From Cycas panzhihuaensis (lineage: Eukaryota; Plantae; Cycadophyta): a stretch of DNA of 64,000 nucleotides. The stretch is from assembly GCA_023213395.1 (NCBI GenBank), contig CM041465.1:221533741-221597740 (forward strand). Reading direction: 5' to 3'. Shown here piece by piece: positions 25,546-38,317 of the stretch. Both the position numbers and the translations under genes were made by a program. The notes below the pieces were generated by a model. That model ran no database searches. It saw nothing but the letters and a program-made list of their open reading frames with translations, and was not told where the DNA came from. Position 1 is the first letter of the stretch; every line of letters begins with the position of its first letter.

Positions 25546-26177
25546 TGTGTGTGGGGAAAAATAGTTGATTTTGCTACTACAACTACTACAGAGCTGCTAC
25601 GGGACTACTACAACTACTACAGGGCTGCTACGATGTTGCTACAACTACTACAGAGCTGCTACGGGACTGCTACAACTACTACGGTCGCTAAAGGTCTTGC
25701 TGCAACTATTACAGAGCTGCTATGGGACTGCTACAACTACTACGGAACTACTACAGAGGTGCAGCAACTGCTACGCAGGGTGCGGCAACTGCTACGCAAC
25801 TACGACGACTGCTATGTAACTGCGGCAACTGCTACCCAGCTGCTATTCGGGCAGAAAATGGGTCTGTCCGGGCAGCGGGCAGACCCATGACAGTTACAAA
25901 GAAGTAACTTATTAGTAGGAAACGGTTATGTAACTTCCATATTTTGTATATAAAAGTTGGAACCGCAATATGCGGAATATGATCCAGTCTGCATGCATTG
26001 TATTAGTGCTGTGCCACGTGTAGGGTAGCCATTCTCAGATCAGCGGGCATCCGTTGTGAGAGGACCAGACGCAGTGCCATGCTTTGAATGAAAGTAATTC
26101 TGGATGATTTTACCCCCAATGTGTGTGTCTTTCTCTTTGCATCTCTGTATGTTACGAGTATGATTGAGGCGCACACA
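25546..26177 (+). repeat. 3' LTR of the Athila/Tat-like element
   Basis: Purine-rich tract ...GGGAAGA then TGTGTG...CACACA; TATATAAAA at 25947; homologous (inverted) to 63501-64000. Confidence 0.85.
25573..25840 (+). repeat. LTR-internal minisatellite (about six 31-bp units, then shorter degenerate units)
   Basis: CAACTA(C/T)TAC recurs at 25580, 25611, 25642, 25673, 25703 and 25734. Confidence 0.9.
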
Positions 26178-27674
26178 AGTGGTACATTGCCCCCTCTAGC
26201 ACCTCCCACTATAGTGGTACTACCTCCTCTTAGGGTTGCAACACTTCTTATAGGTTGATTAGCTATGCTTCTAGATGGATTATTACCCAGTGTTGGGATA
26301 AGACTTATTCTTGCAAATGGACTACCTCCTAGTAGAGTATTGGTTGCTACCAATGGATTCATTAAAACTGATCCAATGAACCTCTCACCCATCTTTATAT
26401 ACAAGGGATTATTATGTTGGTTGTGTGGCATCTATTCTTCTGGAGTGGGATGTTCCCAACTGCCATTGGAAGTGCTCCAATTCTCAATTCTTTCTTTGTC
26501 AATCAAGCAAGATTCTGATGGTGTGGTCAAGCCTGGTAGTTGTTGATTCTCCTGATTAATTGGGCTTGTGGGTCTTCCTCCACTACACATTGTTGCTTTT
26601 CCTCTGAAAGATCTTCTTTTGGCTCAATTTTCATTTCAACCTCTTTGAATGAACATCTGGTTACGATTGGGGCTTATTGTGGAGTCAAAACTTGAAATTC
26701 AAATTCTTTATAGGTTGTCACTTTGACGCTTTGTTCACTATCTTTTGGGATTGATGCTTTCTTTCTGGCTAGCCCCACAAGAGGTCTTCTCTTCACTTGC
26801 CATTTTTGTGGAATTACAAAGCATGGTTTGCATGTTCTATCTTGTCCTTTCTCCCTTGCCCAACGATTGCTACATTCTCCATGCATTTTTGGTTTTATTC
26901 TAGAGTTAGTTTTCAGTGGCATGGAAAGGTCCAATGCCTACCTTGGCCTCAAACATCCATCACTCTACCCTGATTCTTCCTAGATTCATATCTAAGGGCA
27001 ACAAAACCAATGTGTGTGTTGAGAAAACTAGGTCCCAATAACCAGAAACCGCCACCAAGATCCAAACTATTTTGCAACTAGTTACAGGAATTGAAACTGA
27101 AATTTAACATGCAAGTTCTTAAACTAGAGATAATACAATAAATAAATTAGAAAGCCAAAGCATCACATATACACCAGATATAATGTTGTAAAACCCTAGC
27201 AATGTGCTAGGGAAACATCCGCATAGGAAAGGTATCGATCTTTATTATCCAAGAATGGAAAAATGTACATAATCTATAGAATGTTCACAGCAACAACAAT
27301 CAACTGCCTTACTCCTCACAGTACATCCAATACATCGAATACCATCAAGATAATGAAAAAACACTTTAAATTGGGCTATATGAGAGAGTCATACAAGGTA
27401 TAAATCTGGACCATCAAATCTGGGGTATTTTGAATGAACGATCCCGATTCTCTTCATAATTTAGTATGTTTTACAGCGTTAGCTTTTTGGGTTGGGGGTT
27501 ACCGCCCCCGAACCCTCTCTCTGCAGGGGGGGTGTGTTTTGGCGCTCCCCGCAGCCCCTAGCCAAGGGGGGCTCCTCCCCCCTTGGATCCCCCCGCGGAA
27601 GTTAAGGGGGGAAACCGTGCTACCAACCTGTCAAAATTTTTGCATCCAAAACATTGTTGTCATATTATCTAACA
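26178..27674 (-). mobile_element. 5' fragment of another LTR element (LTR ~27060-27674, PBS-like site, leader or gag start)
   Basis: TGTTAG terminus at 27674 on the minus strand; TGGTGGCGGT PBS-like motif near 27048-27057; low-complexity minus-strand frame; abuts the Athila/Tat-like LTR. Confidence 0.5.
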
Positions 27675-29232
27675 ATGTGCTTCTCAGCCTACAACTCTAA
27701 TTCACATGGAATAGTGAAAGACATCAAGAATCCATACTTCAAATTGATGCAAAACCAACTACTACTTTATTATCAGAAGAGGGAACTACATTTGGTCCTC
27801 TTATGACTAGTGGTAGCCTCGAGAATAGTGCATAAGAAAAAATCATACAACAATAGAGCAATAGGTTGCACATAAAGAAGTGAAGGAAGGAATCTTAAGC
27901 TAATACACTGTTGTTTTATTACATCAATTACATTTATATTGATAGACAATTGTAACTATCTATTCATTATAAAATATAGAAAATAATAGGAGTTATCGTT
28001 CTTTCCATTCATTCACCAAAATTGAATGACTTGATCAATTGCTATGATCACGATCCACAAGTTTGATTGCAATAGTGATCAGGATCGACAAAGTTGGTTG
28101 TGATCCACATTTATTATCGACCCGTACACAATTGCCATACTGCCTTTCACTTTCGGTAGTCTATGGTGTCAATAATCCACTTCCCTCTAACGTTTTAGTA
28201 GATTTACCCCTTGTCTCACCTCTTGGTGGTGTGCTTCTCTTATGCATCCATCTTAATTTGCTTTCCTTGTGTCAACATATCACCCTTTAATTGCTTGACT
28301 TCAAAATTCCATTGTTTGAAGGCTTTTAAGGTGGCATTGGAAGGTCCCTTAGCTATCATGGTTTAGTTAGAAACTGCCATCACGATGACAACTAGGGTCC
28401 TTTGGTTTTTATGCATATGCTCTCACCCCTCCTCAAAGCCTCTGGTTCTCTATGCAAGAATTTAGCAATGGAACCAATTTGACTGATAGATCGACACACC
28501 AATCATCCCAAAACCGCCTATTTAGTCGCCAGTTGAGTGTCCTCGTCACTTTTGTATTGGTCACCTCATGCTTCAAGCTCCCTACACCTTGCCAACTTGA
28601 TCCTGCAAGTTAGCACTTACTCCATACACATGAATGCAACGTATGGAAACACTTCATACAAAGCATACACATAGGCTATACACAAGTTTTTCTCATAACT
28701 CAATACTTTATTAATTAATAACTAGATACAATGCCTTGGGAATTTCATACATGTGAGTGTGCTGGAATGCTCGGCTCTTACTGTTGAGAGTATGTTATAT
28801 GACCCAATCACTCGACTATCACCCTTGAGAGCATGTCTTATGATCAAATGACTCGACTCTTACATGGAAAACTCAACCATTCCAAGTGACTTTTAACCTT
28901 TCATAATAAAACTTGATTATGCTTCATTAAAACACATTGTTTCTTCTTGATGGCCATGTGACCTCTACCTAGTATGTAGTTCAAGTGTTGGTGGAGAACT
29001 GTTCCTCTTAATCATTCTCGTTCCTTGAGAACTATTTCACAGTGCATTGAGAACTGTTCTTTAAGAGTTGGATTCGTAATTTGCAACAGTTCGAACTGTT
29101 CCTACAACTGTTCTAGCCATTTTTGGGACCCTTCTAGCTGTTTTGGGGTCCATTTTGGCCGCTTCTATGCTTGTTTTGGTTGTTTATGCTGTTCTTGACC
29201 ATTTCAAGAGCCAAATATCATGCTTACACAAC
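27675..29232 (-). mobile_element. Degenerate LTR-element fragment(s)
   Basis: Ends in CAACA at 29232 after a CCATTTTGG-rich tract resembling the end of 5505-6574; no protein domain recognised. Confidence 0.35.
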
Positions 29233-29329
29233 AGGCAGTTTAGAATAAACTATAGTTTGTGGTAGAGATGAAATTGCATTTGCAGTGAGATTGATGAGTC
29301 AATATATGAGTAAATTAAGGTCATAACAT

Positions 29330-30176
29330 TGGTTGGTGATAAAAAGTTTATTAAGGTATTTGAAAGGAATGCTTGATTATGGAACTTGCTACAATGGAAG
29401 TGGTGGGAGTCCAAGTTTGTATTCCTTGGCTGGATATATAGATGTAGAGTGGGGTGGTGATGCTGATGGTAGAAGATCAACAACAAGATATATATGTTTA
29501 ACCTATTTGGTGGTGTTGTAAGCTGGAACAACAAAAACCAATGCACAGTTGGCTTGTCATCCACAGAGGCTGAATACACAGCAGCAACCCAAGCAACAAA
29601 CAAGGTAGTTTGGCTTAGAATGTTGCTCGAAGAAACTGGATTTTCATAAGACATTCTAATGACTTTTCTAAGGGATACAAGAATTCAATTGGTTTGGCAA
29701 GGAAGCTTATTTATCATGCTAGATAAAAGCACATAGGTATACAACATCACTTTGTAAGGGAAAAAGTGTAGTCAAGAGACATCAATCTTGTTTTTTGTAG
29801 TAAAGATGAATTGGTTGTAAACACTCTCACTAAGGAAATTACTAGTGAAATGTATGGATTAGCATGAAAGTTATGAATTAGCATAGAACTTCTATAGGAG
29901 TGAATCAAATCACTTTGTGTGTCAAAGTAACGATAAATATTGGACTTAAATCTTTTGTTAAGTAGGACTGTTGGAAGGTAGCAAAACAATTAAGTTTGAG
30001 AGGTCTGCAATTCTGTTTGGTGAGCAAATAGGCAGTTATTAACTGTACTATAGGTAGTCATTGACTAAATAAGAGGTATTTGTTTGATTATAATTGTTTA
30101 TATAAATATATGTAAATGAGAGATTGGAAGTATGGCAATGGAAATGAAAATTTCTTTTGGCACACGACCTGCATAC

Positions 30177-30211
<35 letters not shown>

Positions 30212-30271
30212 GCTTTCTCTTGCTCACTCTATTGTTTTAATCTATTCCTCTCTACCTCTTTATTTCCAACA
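29330..30271 (+). mobile_element. Old Copia remnant: RT end, RNase H and 3' LTR 29969-30271 containing a (CT)n tract
   Basis: LLRYLKG...AGYIDVEWGGDADGRRSTT, LSSTEAEY; LTR termini TGTTGGAA...TTCCAACA. Confidence 0.8.
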
Positions 30272-31238
30272 TAATTGTCTCCAGGTGCAGCTCTTCTGGA
30301 AAGTCTCATGAAAATACATGTAGAGGTTAGTTTAAGCAAAAGATTCAACAGTACAAAATTCATTTTTCTCTTTTGTTCTTTTCTTTGCTGCAAACCCCTG
30401 CCCCTCACCGTTGAATCTATTGCCTACTACTTTGTTGCATGTAGTTCAGTCTAGGGCACAATTGAGTGCCAGGACACTAAGATAGTGTGGATGGGTATGT
30501 GCAACAGTTTGTAGTCTAGGCTTTTAGACATTTCTTAGTATGAGAGTGAGAGAATAGAAGTCACATTTGTTTGATAATATTTATGGTATTAGACTGCATA
30601 TAGTGATCACAAAACAATGGAAGAAGATCTGGCCATGATGGTGATGATGATCAACCTTCAAAAATGTGGGAGGCTCTATATAGAAACCTGTCTACCTATT
30701 TTCATAACAGTTCATGGCAACTGTGAACCTGAATTCTTATATCTCAATACATACTTCACATATGTAAGGTAATGTAACTAAAATTTGAACATGACAGAAA
30801 GGCATAAAACATCTTTACACATTTTGTCTTTACTTCTCAATGGGCACACAAACAGTTGCTTATCACCATGTACCCATGATGCCTGTGCTCATGCAATACC
30901 TGGCTGCAAATATTTGTTTGCGATTTAATTCTTGGGTGTCTTGTTTAGTGGTCCAATGTGAGGAAAACGATGTGCAACAGATTGACAGAGCATATGTGAC
31001 AAGAAGTTTTTTTCTGTAATATAGTTTGCATCAAATAAGCAAAATAGTTGGCGATTGGTAACTTAGTATTTACCCAGATGATTCAGAGGTCTGTTCATAT
31101 TATGTTTCTACGCTACAAAGCCATCTTTGTTTTTTATTTCTGATACCAATTTCAATGTTCTGCCTGGAGTATGCACCTGGACACACTGCATTTGGTTTCC
31201 AGATTTCAGGCTCATGCAATACATATCTTCTGTGGCAG

Positions 31239-31505
31239 AAAAGGATACATGCTAATAAACCAAAGTTATGGAGACGAAAGAAACTTTCTGGAGAGGAAGA
31301 TAAAGTTTCCAGTGATTTGGAAAATGTGAAAAGTCAAGATGAACTGTTTCCTGTGCCAACTGATGATAGAGAGTCAAATGCAGCTACTACCAATGCTTCA
31401 GCTGTTACTGAACACACTACAGAAAGTGCCACTCATGTTTTGAGAGCACCTGCGAAAGAGGAGCGTGCTGCTATTTGCATCCAAACTGCATTTCGTGGAC
31501 TTTTG
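31239..31505 (+). CDS. IQD: IQ67-domain protein, internal exon (first visible)
   Basis: CAG| acceptor and |GTATG donor, both phase 0; ends EERAAICIQTAFRGLL, the IQ67 N-part before the conserved phase-0 intron. Confidence 0.9.
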
Positions 31506-31884
31506 GTATGCGCTTTACAGTTTTTGAAGAACTTGGTGTGCACAAAAACTGTGGTTGGGTGGCATTTCTTTTGAAGTCTATGGAGTTTTCTTCTTTCCTG
31601 TCAAGACGGCATCTTGGTTTCATGTACATGGTAGAAGCCTGCACGTAAATATGAACCACATGTGAATATCTCCATTTTCAAAACTGAAGTTAAATAGAAT
31701 GATTGATGAAAATGATTTATATCAGATGATGTTTTCCATATTTTGGAATGCATATTGGGTTGCATAGTTTTCCGCCAGTCTTTGCAGATTGAATACTGGT
31801 CAATTTCCTGCATCTTGCTACATTTTATATGACATGAATAGTACATATATTTAAATAATTTTCATTTTACCATTACACAGTGTG

Positions 31885-31945
31885 GGCTAGCTCAGGTTGT
31901 AAGACAGTGGTGCTCCACTCTCTTCTCCTAGGCTTAAGCTCTATG
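31885..31945 (+). mobile_element. Possible decayed tRNA-derived SINE head in the IQD intron
   Basis: A-box-like TAGCTCAGGTTGTAAG and degenerate B-box-like GGCTTAAGCTC at tRNA-like spacing; no clear tail or TSD. Confidence 0.3.
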
Positions 31946-32822
31946 GACGTATGCTATTGCATTGCTTCTCCTCAGAACATAGTTCAATCATTGTTCTGGA
32001 CGTACTACAATGGGGAAGCAGGTCATCACCATCTAGGGAAATCACAGTTGTTTTTCAAGTTTTCTTGTCCTGCAACTCTCTGTGGGTCAATATAGATGGA
32101 TGAAAACAGCTATGTATCTAGTCCTTAATTCGCTTGTTAAAGTTTCACATTAGGTATGGTGGCTGCATGTTTTGTAATATGTGATTTGCTCAGAATGACC
32201 AAGTCTACTTAAGGTTCAGAGGATATTGGGTGACAGCTAGCACATTCTTGAACAAGCTTCTGGCAAAGAGCCAAGATAAAGCACCGTCTCTTATGCTGCC
32301 ATGTTTCTTAGTGAGAACCTCCCCTGTTGACTCTATTCTGGAGTATACATGGAGCTGAAATAGATATTTCTGCAAAGTCCATGTGGTTGGTAACTTAGTA
32401 ACTACTGCAACAATATCTTTTTTTGCAGAGAGATTTAAAATTCAATAAATCTGAATGAATTCTCTGCATGAATTCTTGAATGTGATGGCACGATAGAGCT
32501 TTTAGTCTGTGGGCATAAAATCAAATCTCAAATCTCTATTCAATCCATGCATAGTTAACATGGATGGCCAAAATAGAGTTTCTCAGTACATGGATTCTGT
32601 GATTGACTCGTTGTTCATTCAAGAATGTAATCACAGAATCTGAAAACATTTGGCACATGTTAATAACTAGAAGTTAGCTGGTATCTTACCTGTGCGTCTA
32701 GGAGCCATACTCAACTTTGGCATGGTACGGTTGGGAGAAGAACTCTGTGGTTCATGTTGCTTTATCTGTGAAAGTGAAATGATAATAGCAATGGAGGTGC
32801 GGTCTTCAAAGAATCAGTGGAC

Positions 32823-33113
32823 TGTTGGAACAAATATGAATTGATGAAGGCAGTACTTCAATGCATTAATGAGAGGGAAAATCTCTTGTATGAATACATT
32901 ATGTATACATAGGATGGCCTATGCGTGTAGGCCAAGTGCCAATAGTACATTAAAGAGAGGTTGGACACAACCTTCAAGATAACTTTAGAATACATAGACA
33001 CAAAAGATTGAACATTATTTTTCTAACACCCTCTCTTAATGTTCTATTTTTTGTCTTCAACACTAAGTAAATGCATGCAGTATTGGAATTTTCTTTCGAA
33101 AGTGGTCTTGTGA
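32823..33113 (-). mobile_element. Copia D remnant: 3' LTR 32823-33028, PPT and RNase H end
   Basis: TGTTGGAA...TTCTAACA; the minus strand has AACATTAAGAGAGGG-TGTTAG, as in elements A and C; frame TRPLSKEKFQY. Confidence 0.8.
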
Positions 33114-36100
33114 TGTTAGAATATAATGTTTTATCTAAATAATGTAAAGGGTAATGTTACAAACCCCTCTTATGTAACCTACACCAGATAAAGTGACGTG
33201 TCACTTTAGGAGAAGTCGGTTACAAGTCAAGTTGCAATAGTTACAAGAATTGATGTATATTTAAGGAGACTATGTCTCCAAGGGAACGCAAGTCACTGCT
33301 AGTTCCTCTTTCAATTCAGTTGTTTTTTGTAAAATTAACATGGTATCAGAGTAGATCTGACTGCTCATTTGATTTGGAAAAGAGAGGGTTCAGTTGTTTG
33401 ATAGTTATTTCAAGCGCTTCATGAGCTTTAGAGTTTCTAGAGAAATAAGAGAGACTAGAATTCATCTGAAAGGAAGATATTTCTGCAGAAACTGTTGTGT
33501 ATGGACTTATATGGAATCGTACGGACAAGTTTTTTTCAAAGTCCTCAGAATTAGACGAAATTTGGCGAGGAGGAAGATCTCATCTAGGGCGTCATTTTTC
33601 TTAACTGGCCCAACTTCATCAGAGGTAATCTGGAGGCCCTTTCAACCAATTTTCTACCCGCGCAGGTTTGAAGAGATCTACAGTAAAAATCATCAAAAAT
33701 CTCAATTCTTTCAGGTAAAATCTGTCACAATCTCTGAGTTTCATGTTAAGAAGATTTTAAGGGCAATTTTGAAATTGTTAGAGAAGTATTTTAGATTTTT
33801 AGAGCCTTTTTCTCAAAAACCCTAATTGTCCCTCTCTCGCTTTAGGGTTGTTTTTCTAGAGATTCAATGACTGTTTTCAAAAACTAATTTCAGATCAAGA
33901 ATCAACATTAAAAGAGCTTTCTTTTGAGGTACATTTTGTACCATTCCATATAGTTAGGGTTTTGTACAAAAATTTGTACAGTTGTACAGATTTTACAGAT
34001 TTTTGTTATCAAAAATGGCTTCCCCCATCTTGGGCTTATCTGATCAAGATAAACTTACAGAAACAAATTATCACATTTGGAAAATAAAGGTAGAAATGCT
34101 TCTAAGGGCAAAAAATGCCTGAAAATTTGCCAATGGCTCTGAAGCCAAGCTCACTGATACCAGTACATCTTTGGCAGATTGGATGGAAATAGACAATGTA
34201 GGAGTAATTATTTTGAAGCTTTCTATCTCTGATCCCCTTCTGGTATATGTATAGAAATTAAACTCTACCTCTGCTATCTAGAAATGTTTCGAAAATCTTT
34301 TTGGCCAAAAGAACAAAGCAAGAATAATTGCTCTCAAGGAAGATCTGTATAAACTTCACATGAAGAAAAGTGACACAATAACTGAATTCATGCACAAAGT
34401 TATTTCACTCGAAAATAACCTCTTGAGCGTAGGAGATATTGTCCCAGAGAAAGAATTGGTGCAAATGGTAGCAAGCAAGTTACCAAAATCCTTCGAGATA
34501 ACCATCAACATCATAACAAACAACAATTAGATTGATACAATATCTCTTAATGAATTAATTGGCTTATTATTAAGACAGGAACAAATAAACAGGTGCTATG
34601 AAGATTCTTCAGAGTTGGAGGATGCTTTTGCATCCAAACTGAACTTGGGACCTCGGGGACGTGGCCAGACACGAGGAAGAGGATGCACTCTAGACATTAG
34701 AAACCCTGCTTGTGGTCGATGGCAGGACAACATAGGACGTGGACGTAACAAAGATTCTAGAATTTGCTTCAGCTGTGGTAAGTCTAGACATTTCTTCGGT
34801 GCCTCCAGAGCATTTGATGTTTGTTATCATTGCGTGTAGCTAGGACATTATCCCTATCAATGCCCACATAGAAGAGTAGACATTCAGAGAGGGAAACAAC
34901 CAGTTGGCAACTACAACAAAGAACAAATTGAGGAGGAAGAAGAAGAAACAACATTCATTGCTGCGCTGTCAGTAGGACTAAAGGAAGGAGACATATGGAA
35001 CATTGATTCGGGGGCTTCGCGACACATGACTAATCATGAAGACTGGTTTGAAATTCAGAAACCCTACAACGTTGACAAATCAGTTGAGTTAGGAGACAAA
35101 TACCCACTTGGCATAAAAGGGGTGGGTACCATTGCTGTTAACCTATGAGAGAATGTGAAGAAAATTGGGAATGTAATGTTAGTCCCTGGCTTAAAATGAA
35201 CCTTCTATCTGTTTCACAACTTAGCAAAAAGGGACTAAGGACTGTATTTCCACATACTAGATATGAAAAATGATGGGAAAACAATAGCTAAAGGTATAAG
35301 ATGTAATGATTTGTATGGACTGTTGTCAGATCTTGTAATTCCCAACTTGGGTATGAAAGCTTGTACTGCTGTAAATTCTAATAATAAAATGTGGCATTTG
35401 AAGTATGGGCATCTTCCTATAGAAGCATTGAAAGTGATGGAAAAATCTGATATGGTAAATGGATTACCTCATATCTTCTTTGATAGTTTTGTTTACAAAG
35501 GCTACTAATTCGGTAAACAACATCGTCTTCCATTCAAAGAAAGTAAATGGCGAGCACAAGCCAAGTTGGAATCTTTGTGGACCACTTACACCCCTTTCAA
35601 TCAATGGTTGCAGATACTTTCTAACCTTTATTGATGACTTCACTCGAAAAGTATGGGTGTATTTTCTCCATAATAAAGTTAAAGTTTTTGAAGCCTTCAA
35701 GGAGTTTAAAGCAGAAGTGGAATTGGAATCAAAAACAAAAATAAAGTGCATTAGATCAGACGGAGGTGGTGAATACATCTCAAAGGAATTTTTAAGCTAC
35801 TGCAAGTTGAATGGGATACACAGACAATTTACAACTCCTTATACACCTCAATCCAATGGAGTTGCTGAAAGAAAAAATAGAACAATAATGGAAATGGTTC
35901 ACAGCATGGTCCACGAAAAGCAAGTTCCCAAATCATACTGGGCAGAAGCTGTTAGCACTGCTTGCTATCTAATAAACCAAAGCCCAAGAAAAGCATTAGA
36001 AAACATCACACCTGAAGAAGCTTGGACAAGTAAGAAACCTAATGTCAGTTCTCTTAAAATATTTGGTAGCCATGCCTTTGTTCATATACCAGACAAGAGG

Positions 36101-38317
36101 AGATTAAAACTTGATGCAAAAAGCATAGAATATATCATGATATGATACAATAAAAACTCAAAAGCTTACAAATGCACAGATCCAAAAACAAATAAAATCT
36201 ATGGGGATGTTGTCTTTAATGAAGAAGACAATTTAGGTGATTAGTCTCAGATGAAAATAATTGAAGCACGAGCAAAGGATTCAGGTCACAAACTCATCAC
36301 AGAAGAGACTTCAGAAATCACCATAGAAGAGATTCCTTTCATAGAATCTTTCCCAACTCATACAGAATCAACAGAAGGAGAAAGCTCATCCACAGAGCAA
36401 TTAGCAGAAGAATCAAGGACCAACGAAGAATCAAACAAAGAAAATAAACTGCCCAAATGGTTCATTAAAATAGTTGAAGAAGGAAGAGGAGACACACTTG
36501 AACAAAAAACTAGAAGCCAGAAGCCAAAGGCTTTGCTTAGTAGAGTTGAACCACAATCCTTTCAAGAAGCCAAAGATTAGCCAAAATGGAGAGCAGCCAT
36601 GGACACCGAAATGGACTCAATTATCAAAAATCGAACATGGGAATTGGTGGAATTACCTCCCAACAAACCAGTGGTCAATTGCAAATGGGTCTACAAAATC
36701 AAGGAAGGAGCTAGTGGAAAGGTGGAAAAACACAAAGCTCGTTTTGTTGCAAAGGGATATACTCAAACAATAGGAGTTGATTTTGAAGAGACCTTTTCTC
36801 CTGTGGCCAAGCTAGATACGGTAAGAACTATGATTGCACTAGCAACTTTACATAACTGGAAAATTTTTTAGTTAGATGTAAAAAGTGCCTTCTTGAATGG
36901 AGAATTGGAAAAAGAAGTTTGCATGGCACAGCCTAAAGGATACATCAAAGAAGAACATGAACATTTAGTATGTAAATTGAAGAAAGCTCTGTATGGATTG
37001 AAACAAGCTCCTCGAGCTTGATATGCTAAATTGGACCAACATTTGTGTTAAAATGGGTTTCAATGTTGCAATTTTGATTCTAGTCTATACCCAAGGAAAA
37101 GGAATGGGTTGATTACAATAATTGTTGTTTATATAGATGACATGATTCTTATAGGAAATGATGAAGAATCTGTCATAAACATAAAGAAGCAACTTGAAAA
37201 GAAGTTTGAAATGACAAATTTGGGCTTCCTTAACTATTATCTGGGGCTGGAAGTAGATCAACAACATAATCACATTGCTTTATCTCAAAGTAAATATATA
37301 AAAGATCTACCGATCAAATTCTGGATGGTGGATTGTAATTCTTGTGCAACACCCATGGAGATAAATTGCAACATGGCTGCAGACAAAGAAGAACAATCAA
37401 TAGACACCACTATGTACAGACAACTAATCAGATGTTTGATATATCTTATAGCTACCAGGCTAGATATATCATACTCAATAGGACTGGTCTTTAGGTACAT
37501 GCAAGAACCCAAAGTGAGGCACTGGAAAGTAGCAAGAAGAATATTAAGATACCTACAGGGAACAATAGATCTCAAATTGATCTATCCCAGAGAAAGACTA
37601 ATAGAATTAACAGGATATTGTAACTCAAACTAGGTAAGAGACAAGGAACAAAGGAAATCCACAAGTGGATATTTTTTTTTCTTGGTATCTGCTACAATCT
37701 CTTGGTGTAGCAAAAAACAACCCACAATTGCACTCTCATCAACTGAAGCTAAATACAAGGCAGCTGTAATTGCAACATATGAAGCAGTTTGGTTGAGACA
37801 ACTTCTGGTTGAGTTATAACAACAACAAAATCAAGCAACAATTCTGTATTGTGACAATCAAAGTGCTATCAAGCTAACCAAGAATCCAATTCTTCATGCG
37901 AGAACAAAGCATATAGAAGTGCACCATCACTTTATAAGGGAAAAAGTTCACAATAAAGAAATTGAATTGGAGTATTGTCCTACTATAGAGCAAATAGCAA
38001 ATTTACCGACAAAACCCCTTGGAAAAGAAATGTTTCAAATTCTGAGAGATAGAATAGGACTGAAAGAGATAAAACATTAAGAGAGGGTGTTAGAATATAA
38101 TGTTTTATCTAAATAATGTAAAGGGTAATGTTACAGACCCCTCTTATGTAACCTACACCAGATAAAGTGTCATGCGTCACTTTAGGAGAAGTCGGCTTAC
38201 AAGTCAAGTTGCAACGGTTACAAGAATTGATGTATATTTAAGGAGACTATGTCTCCAAAGGAACACAAGTCACTTCTAGTTCCTCTTTCAATTCAGTTGT
38301 TTTCTGTAAAATTAACA
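33114..38317 (+). mobile_element. Degenerate Copia C1 (short-LTR family) in the IQD intron
   Basis: LTRs 33114-33340 and 38088-38317 (~4% different); PBS TGGTATCAGAG at 33341; gag ATG 34015; IN 35459-36145; RT 36599-37633; flanks TGTGA/TATGC do not form a clean TSD. Confidence 0.95.

Larger units (their letters stand above)
20395..26177 (+). mobile_element. 5'-truncated non-chromovirus (Athila/Tat-like) Ty3/Gypsy with an extra 3' ORF and 3' LTR
   Basis: RT-RH-IN order; motifs DVFAWSYKDL, FTDGFSGYNQ, VFLDDWT, AERNYTVTERE, DDFPD...WY, EKWGLDFVGP, YYPRANGQVE, WLGPY; PPT and LTR TGTGTG...CACACA. Left boundary approximate. Confidence 0.9.

Noticed and set aside
25573-25840. CRISPR-like array
   Set aside because: Head-to-tail repeats with no unique spacers, eukaryotic context, no cas genes.
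25513-25907. Overlapping ORFs rich in T/L/Y/A
   Set aside because: Translation artefacts of the LTR minisatellite.
31140-31148. PBS-like CTGATACCA
   Set aside because: Only 9 nt, with no adjacent LTR or gag.
31155-31238. ATG at 31155 as the IQD start
   Set aside because: The sequence does not resemble an IQD N-terminus and ends in a good acceptor; read as intron.
33394-33825. 143-aa ORF in the Copia leader
   Set aside because: Non-ATG start; not evidently conserved as an ORF in the related copies.
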